NCBI RefSeq assembly: GCF_024521635.1
Contig: NW_026250405.1
Coordinates: 1,178,001-1,242,000, forward strand
Direction of reading: 5' to 3'
Length of the DNA: 64,000 nt
Source of the DNA: Tricharina praecox
Lineage: Eukaryota
Position 1 is the stretch's first letter. Every line of letters begins with the position of its first letter. The notes beneath the pieces were generated by a model that did no database searches, was not told where the DNA came from, and was given only the letters and a program-made list of their open reading frames with translations. The translations under genes were made by a program, and so were the position numbers. Positions 11,858 through 22,300 of the stretch are shown here, one piece after another.

Positions 11858-12353
11858 TGTAATGGCACAGTCAGGCAAGGCTCCAGGTAGCCAAGCTGGG
11901 CGGGGGATCGGGTTCTGGGTTCGGCAGAGGCAAGACGGGTTCAGAGGACAAGGTAAGGCGGGGCTCAGTGCAGACGGCAACTGAGAACAGAGGTAGGGAC
12001 AAGGACTACGGCGCAGACGGCAGCCGAGGCAAGGACAGAGGTAACAGTGATTGAATTAACAAGTTGTTGCGTGAAGAACTAAATACAGAGGGGCAACGGC
12101 CCGTTTATATAGGAAATCCTCCACTTCTTTCCGCAACCTGACAATGACCGTGGGTGTGTGCCAGACACTGACAAATCCACCTTGTCAGTACCCCACTTTC
12201 ATGACTCACACCCTGCGCAGCCGCGCTACTCCTGCTTCCTGCACACAGCCCTCATCCTCTGCGACTCATCCTTGCACTGCTGGTGCACTGCCTCCCAACT
12301 TTTCCGGCCCTTGCGCCGGCCATTCCTTCGTCATTCAGCCGCGAGCCATGACA
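11858..12353 (-). repeat. 5' LTR of element C (496 bp)
   Basis: TGTCA...TTACA termini; same family as the solo LTR at 4656-5214. Confidence 0.92.
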
Positions 12354-12718
12354 ACTGGGATGATGGCCTTCTGCTATCAAGATACCTTTTGGTTGACTGA
12401 TAAAGTACTTTCCGAATGTACTTTATTACATTTCGATGGCTGCCAAGGTCATGAGTTCAATTCTCACTGTGAGCAGTTACTTCCTGCTGCTGCCGCTGCA
12501 TGGCTTACATTGAGTGATGGTTGAAGATATTTATCATTAAATATCACTCACTGGGGGTTAACTACTTGAAGGCTTCCTGGAGTAAGCCCCAAAGAGGGGA
12601 TACTGTCACAGTTCAGAAATCCTTGCCTTAAGTAGCTACTGGGATGATGGCCTTCAGCCATCAAAGTATCTTTTGGCCGAGTGGTATAGTACTTTCCCCC
12701 TGTACTCACTTTATTACA
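12354..12718 (+). mobile_element. Candidate miniature LTR element (TRIM-like relic D)
   Basis: Diverged direct repeats 12354-12430 and 12638-12718, both ending TTATTACA; PPT-like AAAGAGGGGA (12591-12600) followed by TGTCACA at 12604; non-coding 173-bp interior. Confidence 0.5.
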
Positions 12719-15634
12719 TTAGAACTGTTCTGGGAATTCGGCGGTGTAAGACATATGTCTTGTCTTATCGTCGCGAGTGATTTCAGATGTTTGGTGATGC
12801 TTGCACTGAAGTTAGCCGTTAGCTGGCCGTCAGAGCGCCGTGGTACTACCTAGCAGAGGTTGTAGGCTTGTATACTTGTAGTATCTACCATGGTATATTT
12901 CGAGACCATTAGGGCTGCTGCAGGGCTCGGTGGTTGGGGGAACGCAAATGCAGAGGCAAAGGCCGGCGTGTCTGGAGAGCGGAACTTCCTACATAAGCGG
13001 ACTACCTACCTAGCTGCTGGGTGGGGAGCGGCGTGAGGATACGTACTTATGCTGGGCGGCAGCAGGAGGAAACCGCAGGCAGGTCGAGAATGACTTCTTC
13101 CTCCTCCTCCCAGTGCCCACTAGAGTACCTAGAGCGCAATACTTCCGCTCACGTTTTTATGGAGCGAGCAATCGCCGTGCATACTAGTACGACCGTATAT
13201 ACTCCACGGTCCTAGCCCGAGCCTGCCACTGCTTTCCCGGAGACGAGCTGGTCCGACGTTTCCGCTTTGGCGTCCCCTGCCGTGGAATCCTACCGGCTTA
13301 AGCCTTAGGGCTTGAGTTGTGGTTCAGTTCAGCGGCAAAAACTTCAAACACATGGGTGAACATCGTGCCACCCGCTAGGTACCGGATGCCTTGAACGCCA
13401 TGGACACTGCCGGTACCGGTACCGGATGCTATGGATGCTATATATTCATGCTCGGAAAACTTCCGCAGCTGCTGTAATCATGGGATATCATTCTTCATTC
13501 TTCATTCTCCATTCCTGCACAGTCTCGAGTAGGTACTCTATAGCCATCTGAAAGGTCAAATGCCATGATGATGAAGCAATCACAAAGTCTCGAGTAGGTA
13601 GGTTACAAAAGCCTTGTGACAATACCCCTCCGGGTTCCCCTCACCTCACCGTACAGGGCAGCCAGGCGTGGGTACCGTAGATCGTCTTGTGTGATCGCTC
13701 GTGATTGGTGTCATCGGGTTGATGACGTTGCTCTGGGAATTTCTTTCTGTGGGTGGGGGAGGGGGGTGCGTGATCAGCAAACCCACGAGTTCTCGACGAC
13801 CTCGGATTCAGATTCGGAAGTAGCGGCACACACGCCAGCCAGCCGGGTTTCGGTCTATGTATGTGTGTAATATCGGCGCCAGGAACCCCGCCCGCCTCTC
13901 TACCGCCCGGCGCCCGTCCGCGTCGACGTCGTCCATCAAAAAGTTAAATAGAAAAAAAAATAGAAAAATAGAGCTGGTTCAAGGTTGTGCGACGTCATCG
14001 TTTCCGGTTTTTTTCTCGAACTTACTTAACGAGGCGGCTGCGGTAAGATTCCTTGGACGGAGTGAGCCCGACCCGACCGGGCTGCGGACTTGCGGTTATT
14101 GGCGAGGGTGATGATCGCGATGAAGTTGGATGTTGGATGTTGGTTGGTTGGCCACGTACTCGTGTCTATGTAGAGTACGATACATACCGTACCATCGTGA
14201 ACTAGGTAGAGAAGCTACAAGTTTTATGTACTCAGCTCTAGCTTCATGATCCGTGGCAGGCAGGCAGGAAAACGTCTCCATGGAACTAACCTCCAGTCCG
14301 TGAGTCCATGACTCAGTGAGGTGAGGGAGCCGCTGCCTCAATCCGCCAACAGCCAGCCAACCAGCCAGGGAGTCAACAACCGCTTGAACGGAGCTACAAG
14401 AGAAAAAAAAGTGTAAACGTAGTACATATCTGATACGTATGGCTGGGAATGATCGCAGCCGAAGAGACGAGACGAGGGAAACATGCACAGCCCCACCGCC
14501 GCCACCGCCGCTACATCCGCCGCCACGCTACGGATCCGAGCTTCCATCACCACACAACAGTCAGCGGGGAATAACTAGTAGAATAGAGTGGGCATGATGA
14601 AGTGTGTAGATGGACACCTTCGACGTTCCACCACCACTATCATCATCATCACCCCCCACGGCGTTCGTTTCCAGTTGATTGCCGAGTGAGTACAGTATGG
14701 AGCGACGACGCGGGGATTTTGGGGGGGTGGGTAGGTTGAGTATGGGGTATGCGCATGTGTATGGGTATATGTTTAAGTTTGGGGGCCAGGCGTGATACGC
14801 ATCTACACACCTACCCAATTGTTTGTTCGCATCGTTCTGTTCTGTTTGGGCCCGGCAAGTTCTCTCCCTCTCTCGCTCTCGAAGGACAGGGTCGTGCTGA
14901 CGATACGGCGAAATCTATAGTTTACATAGTAGATAGAGTGCTTCACGTTGCTTAAACTTTCTCACATACATACCTACCGTGGCCGTACATAGTTTTTTTT
15001 TTCTTTTTCTGTCTGTCTGTCTGGGGAAGGGGGAATGCTCCCCCATATCCCATAGATACCGTACTTACCTTCCATCCTGGACCGTCGACGACGGGGGAGG
15101 GGGGGGAGGGAAAGAAAAGAAAAGGAAAGAAAGAAAGGGAAAGAAAAGAAAGGAAAAGTAAACTCTACCGAGAAAGAAGTTTTCGTAGGATCCACTCGAG
15201 AGACCGGGCAGCGAGTAGGTACATGCTGTAAGTACATACTCACGATACGTATGATACGTGGAGTACGTGGGAAGACGGCGGCTTTGGTGGATGGGGAAGT
15301 CAGTGGGCAGTCAGTGGTCAGTGGCAGGCAGCACGGTCATGGGACTGATCCCCCGACGACGAAGTTCGTTAGCCAAGCGAGCGATAAAAAATACCCGTGC
15401 CGGACGATGACGTGAAGCCTAAGGGCGAGACAATTCGCATCGGCGGTCCGTCAGCGAACGAGCAAGACAGGAAAAAAAGTTGATGATGTCTCTCTCTCTC
15501 TCGGTCACGGAGGCGTGGGAGCAGATTTTTTCCTTCAGCTGGATCGTGCAGGACGTTCTGGATCCCTCATTCTCTCTCTCTCTTTCTCTCCTTCTCGTGA
15601 GCAGAATCCAGATTGAGTATCAACGGCCGGGGTA

Positions 15635-16126
15635 TGGTTGGGGACGCCTATAACCGATGGAAAAACACCCCCAACTTTAACACCTATCTCCTCCACCAAA
15701 AAGTTTTTTTTTGAACAAAAACTCGTTATTAATCGATAGATAGAGGTGTGTAGAAGCATGAAATAACGAGCTTTTAATTTTAGAAAGCGTGGTTGATTTT
15801 TCTTAGCATTTAGAAAAGAAGCATTTTTGTTAGGCGCTCCCCAATGTCCCCCGCGAGAATCCCTGAAACTTCCGGATTAGGTAGTCGCTAGCTATAGTTT
15901 TATATTACAAAAGCCTTGGTGAGTATATCTGGACCATCGGCAGCTCGGTCAGGTCAGCTGAGGACCTTTTTAGGCTAAAATATGGACCAAATAGGCGTAA
16001 AATGCAATTAAATATGCCTATTTTTGCCAAAAAAATCTCAAAAATCACTATTTATTACCCGTTTTGTAATAAAATTCGATTTTTCCACGAATGTCCCACC
16101 CCATCGGCTCCAGGAGTCCCCAACCA
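15635..16126. mobile_element. MITE / non-autonomous TA-target DNA transposon (492 bp)
   Basis: 26-bp imperfect TIRs (15635-15660 and 16101-16126, 4 mismatches), TA on both sides, AT-rich non-coding interior. Confidence 0.75.
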
Positions 16127-16305
16127 TAGGTGGAGTATCGGCCGGGCAGTCTCCCCGCCGCGGGAACGAGCGAGATCTGTTTACCCCCGACATCCATCCA
16201 CGCACCTTAGTGGAAAGTTACATTCACAGATGCTCTACCGTACCCTGATCACGAAGTCCACCTGAGACAGCAGAAGAATAATTATCTACACACATACACA
16301 GCATG

Positions 16306-16308
<3 letters not shown>

Positions 16309-16348
<40 letters not shown>
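16309..16348. repeat. (CA)20 microsatellite
   Basis: Direct reading of the sequence. Confidence 0.95.
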
Positions 16349-16351
<3 letters not shown>

Positions 16352-19300
16352 TCAACACACACACAGACGCACATACACGATGCCGTCTCATCGCAAACGC
16401 CTTATGATCCAGCAGCAAGCAGCAAGCAAGCATCGCGGCGCACCCAGCCCTCGCCCTTCGCCGAGGAGTCGCAGAGTCTCAGAGTCGCAGTCGCAGTTTC
16501 TATTACCGCCAAAGTTACCTGCCATATATACCTCCCGTACTCGAGTTTTCTCACGAGCCTGCGAGCCCTACACAGGAATAACCGTTAAGTCCCTCATTCC
16601 TTCTGCATCCGTAAAACTCTGCATCACGGAAATCTGGGGGGGGCGCCCACACACACACACACACACACTTCACGCACCCCTGTGTACCGGACCAAAGAGA
16701 GAGCACACGACGACGGACAGAGCTGGTGTATGGGAAGTTGTAACCCGTGGCCCAAGACTCCGGGTGAGAACGCGGGGAAGACTGTCTATCCCCTTACAGT
16801 TAACCAGCCAACCAACCAGCCAGCTAACCAAAAGTTCAAAGCAACAGGCTCGGGTACATAGGAAGTATGTAACCTACCAACCAACCAACCAAATCAAACC
16901 GTCCAGGAAAAGAAGAAGAAGAAGAAGAGGAAAAACTATCGCTGTCAAGATCACTTCACCGAACCGGTGCAGTCAGGAAAAGAGATTCTGACAGACGAAG
17001 GATGCATCAATGGAAGGACGGTGGGAACGACCGAGTAACTTCGCCCCAACAGAAGTTAGAACACAACACAACACACAATACTCCCAGACTCCCAGAGTAG
17101 AATATGGTAATTCCTGCCTGCGGACCGAGGATGTGTGCCCCCAACCAGCCAGCTATTATTGTGCCCAGCCAAAGCGCCATTGATATGTAGGAGTGGTAGT
17201 ACTCCATAATAGTCTCTATGTGGGTGAGTAGGAGCGCGCGTTCCCAAAGAGAGAAAAGAAAAGAAAGAAAAGAAAAGAAAGAAAAGAAACAAAAAAGGAA
17301 AAAAGGAAAACCGCGCCCCAACAACAACAAAAACAACAAAAAGAACAACAGTGCAATCCAGAAAAGGTACTTGCCGTCTTTACCTTCCCACCTGCCTGCC
17401 TATCTGCCTGCCTGCCTTCTCACTTTATTTTTCGCACAACGCCTCGGCAGGTTGAAAGGTTTCCCCTTCATGCACGACATGATGGAGATGCAGATGCGGC
17501 CGAGTGGAGGGAGGGCCGTCGTATGCAGCCGCCTCCGTTTGCGGATGGCGACTGTTTCGCCCCCCCTTCGAAAGGAGACAGGAGACAGGAGTCGTCGCCA
17601 TCGTCGCCGTCGTCGTGCCCACCACCGAAGCGGAAGGGAACGCAGAGTGCTGTGGAGTGCTGTGATGTGCGCGCAGTGGAGGGGCAAACGGATACTAGCA
17701 GTTGAATGTTATGTATCTGCTAGTGGTGCATCTACAGCCCTTGCGCGTCAATCTCGCACTCGCACACACGACACCCGGGCAGAGTGAGTATAGCAAGTAC
17801 TTGCATACCTCTCTGTGTGTGTGTCGGCGCAACACCAATCTCGAGCGCATTCGGGCAGCTACGAATCGCGATGCCGACAGACATTCCGCGAGAAATGCGA
17901 CGCGCAACCGACAGCCTCGTCTCGTCCCAGCGATCCTCGGCGCAGGCGCCGGCGCTGGGCGGCAGTGCGGCAGTACACGGCGCATGATGGTGGAGGTGGA
18001 GGTGGAGGTGGACCGCAGTGCAGTTGCGAACCCGAAAATGGGGTTGGAAAGTGCAGTGAAGTCGTAATATCGAGGAACCTGTTTGTGCGATGAGATCGCA
18101 ATATGGAGAATAACCCTCTGCACCCTGCTGCCTGTGCGATGAGGTCGCAATATGGACGATAACCCCCCCCCCCTCTGCACCTGCTCTGTGCAAGTCTCCC
18201 CACCAGCCAGCGATTATTGCACTGTAAGCTATCCAATCGCATCGTGCCGTGTCGTACCTGCGTTGATAGCTGCCGCCACCATCACCGCCGCCGCAACAGC
18301 AGCAGCTCTGGCGACATTGTGATGAAATGTATGCAGCGAATGTTGCAATCGTAACAGAGTGACCCCACCACCACCACCACCATCACCACCACCAGCACCA
18401 CCAACCGTTGCGAAACGCGCCATTCCACGTGCGGTTAGCGCAACGTCGCCCCGGTGGTGAGTGATATTGTCCACCTTTCGCACGCCTTCTCACGACGGTC
18501 TAAACTTGATTGATACGGTACATATCTACGCCTATGTAGATACATACATACGGTTCCGATTTCTTAAGCGATGGAGTTTCGCGTCGTCAAGCCGCAAGCG
18601 TGGGGGGGTCCTCGGGTACATCCCACGTCGCAGTGGTCCCACGCGTTTCGAGCCGCGACGAGACGAGGTCGTTCGGGCCGCTATGCACCCGCTAACTAGT
18701 AGAATCTCGGGAAAGGGAGGAACCGGGTGGCATGGGGCGGGGCGGGGGCAAGGAGATAGGTAACGTTCCAGAATCCTTCTCTGATCGCAGCTGTCACGAC
18801 CCCACGTATGTAGATATCGTGAGCCCGTGAATTCGAGGCGTGCTAGGTAGGGAGTTACATAGCCTCGTTACGACACTCCGATATCTACTATATACTACTG
18901 TATTGTGGTTAGCACTCTATGCATTGTACAATACTCTATCCTGTCCTCTCGAGCCCAATCCGTCCACCCAGATCCAAACCAAACCAAACAAACCGAACCC
19001 TCCCGAAAAAGGTGAGGCAGAAAATCGTATCATATGTAGAGTCGATTATCGATCTGGCGGATGTCGGATGACACACGGATGGCGATTGATTCCGTCGTCG
19101 TCGTGGTGCGGCACGTAGGCATGTGTGTACCCGCTCTACCTGTCGCTATCGGCGAACTGACTGCAGGAGGGAAACCGTGATCTCACAGGGGCCGTTTCCT
19201 GTCAAGTCAAGTGAAGCCAAGTCAAGACTCAACGGCCATCGTGACGGATATCGATGCTATGGATGGTATTGTACACACATACTTTGCGAGGACCGGCAAC

Positions 19301-22300
19301 CACGCAGTTCCGGGCAGACCGCAGCGGATCAACGATGGCGTCCACCGGACCATCGATGAGAGGAGGGGAACATCACAGTTCGTCCACTGCCGGAGATTTT
19401 TAGCGATCCTGTCCACCCCTCCAAGGTTTTTTTTTTGGTTTTTTTCGGGGCGTGATGCAGCCTGCAGGGCTTTGGTCCGAAGAAGGGAATGACGATGAGA
19501 TGGATGGATTGACGATATCGATTTCGATATCGCTGGTGGATGGATGGATGGGTGGGTGGGTGGATGTACCCCCCACGCAACTCCCTAGAGTACAGACTCG
19601 GTCGTCCCTATCTATGAATCTTCATCTATCTTTATACATCTGTACCGACGATTGGCCACCAGCTACATACACACCACACATGCTCTACCTACAATTCCTC
19701 CCTAGTCGGTTCCATTTTAGAGTATAGATTGCGGACCGTGGGCGTGGGGGGAAATGGAGATGGAGGGGGGAGATGGAGAGCGATCTTGCATGTGCAACGT
19801 TCCCACTGCCCAGGGTGTTTCATTCAAGTTGTCTCCACCAGACGGGCACGACCTGACCTGAGGTCATCAGTTGGATATGTAGGTTGGACGAACGAGCGAT
19901 TAAACTATACTAGTAGTAGATGAGTACCGTGTCTCATGATTGTCGGGGAGCACAGTGTTTCCAGGAGGATCGGGCGGCTGTCTGGGACTCCAGGTATCTG
20001 TCTGTCTTTTGGTCTGTATGTCTCTCTGATATCGGCGGCGGCTTACCACATCACACACACCACCACACACCACCATACCACCCCCCTTCTCGCGTAGCTC
20101 CGATCCGTCAAGAACGGTCCCACTCCCAACTGATCTGATCGGCACGTACGGAGGCTGAGGTTCAGCATTGCATTGCATCCTGCCTCGCCTCAGTGTTTTA
20201 CTTTTGGAACCATCCCCCCGCTACGTTGGATCTGGAAAGCCCGCAAAAATTGCCCGCTGCCTGGTGCCCAGGATTTTAGAGTAGATGTAGACCCTACGAC
20301 TTGGCAGAATACTAGCACAGTGGTTAGAGTTGAGTGAGCGTCCGTTTCGATGCCCGACGCCCGACGGCTGACGCCCGACGCTCGTGGCCCGTGATTCAAA
20401 GGTTCGGACTCCGGAGGCGGAGGAGGAAGCGGATGCGATACCCTCTGCGTGCGGAGCTACTCTGTTCAAGGGCTAGGTGGTCTTCCTCCTTATATGTACT
20501 CCTCCTCCTTCTGCTCCGTCACGGAGAGGCTCCGTGGACGATGCCGTGAACAAAGGCTGAAGCCGCAGGGCTTCCCCCCGTGTGTTTGCTCCGACATGTG
20601 TCTGTATCTATATACTATTCTGGAGTAAGGAGAGGGCACCGTTGTGACTAACTATCTCGATACTCTACCTTGAGCTACCTATTTGGCAGAGTACGGCACC
20701 TAGTGCTAGAAGAGCAGTAGAGTACTTGGTACTCGGAGGTTCATTCGAGAAGACTCCACTCCCACTGCTAGATTCTCCTACGCCTACTCTACTGCTACTC
20801 CCACTCTCACTTCTACTCTCAGCGCTGATCGTGATCTACCCTATCCACCCACCACCATAGCCTCCGTACGGTAGCCTCCATGGTAGTCTCCGTAGAGTAC
20901 AGTAGTCTCCGTAGTCCCCTGGGTAGTCTCCGTCAAGATCACCCCTCAACGGACATCCAAACCCGATGCAAACCTGATCCAAGCCAAATCCAAACTTCGG
21001 CATCGTCCTCGGCCATATCACCTCCCTTTGTACAAACATATGTATATAGAACCAGCCGTCGCGGCCAAGACCTGTCATTCCCTTCCATCCCATCCCTTCC
21101 CATCCCATTCCCCTTGCCTGCCTATGTACCTACCTGCCTGCCTGCTGCCGCAGTGCCGCCTCTGGCTCCCGCGACATATGTACGGTATTTGTGCAATACA
21201 GTATTGACGCTTGAGGTCTCGGCACGGGCGGCACTAGAGACAGACAGACATGGAGAGGGGGGGTGCTCCCTCCCTGGGCCCTCCATCCCTCCAGGGGAAG
21301 CTGTAGAAAGGAGATATCATATGTAACGATCTTGACTAGAGCAGTTAGTTAGCAGTTGGCAGTGGCTGGTGTGATGTGGGGAAGCGCTAGCTAATGTACC
21401 CACTAGTAATGTATGTTAGGAAATAAGAGATACGCGATCATCACGGATCGCGCACGCTGCGCAGACACGAGCCCCCCTCTGTCCCCCCTCAGTCCCCCTT
21501 GCCCCCCCCCAGTTCCCCCGCGCCTTCCTCCTACGATGACTATGGGTACTCTACCTCTGGAGTAGAGCACCTCGTGAACGGTCTCATGAGCAACGGTCAA
21601 GGACTCACGGTGCGCCCTTCTCGGTCGAGTACTTGACAAGTTGGCCGGCTGGACATTTCATGACATCTTCATGCCAGCCCATCCAGCCGTTGAGGCCTCC
21701 CCATCCCTTCACGGCTCCCACCAGGGTTCTCACTGCTCACTTCTCGCTGCTCACATGCATATCTACTTACTAACTACATGGCGACCGCGCGTTTGGACTT
21801 TGAAGGATGCATCATACATACATACCTACTCATCCTCACCCGCATACGGTAGACGGTAGGAGACGGTGGGAGAGCGAGACGGTAGGAGATGGTGACCTGT
21901 CATATATCATATCGGATTCGACCTCAGGTATCTAGAGTACCTGGGTGGGTGGATGGATGGATGGTCAACTGTTGAGGGGTAAGGAAGGGAATAGGGAATA
22001 GGTAGGATAGGTACACACCAGATGGTAGACACCACCCGTGTGTAGATACACAAGTCACGACGCACGTTGAAAAAAAAAGGCTTGCCGCAGAAGCTCGTGG
22101 GTGGACCACCGAGTGGGTAAACCCACAACCACCCTCGATGATGGCGACAAAAGACGACCAGGCCAGACCATCCACCCACGTTCCACGACACTCAGTGCAG
22201 TGACGATCAACCGCCAAATGTAGACAGTGTACCAGCACTTGAGTTTCATTCCCCTATCTAACAAGACCTGCAATCTCGTCGCCTCTCGCCGCCACTCGTC

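Larger units (their letters stand above)
11100..12353 (-). mobile_element. Ty3/gypsy element C: 5' LTR and 5' part of gag, interrupted by B
   Basis: LTR 11858-12353, gag ATG at 11818, gag similarity stops abruptly at the B LTR junction (11100). Confidence 0.9.

Noticed and set aside
12383..12475. Complete tRNA gene
   Set aside because: The T-arm and 3' end look tRNA-like, but the putative 5' acceptor strand does not pair with TGTGAGC and no anticodon arm is evident; kept only as part of the mini-LTR hypothesis
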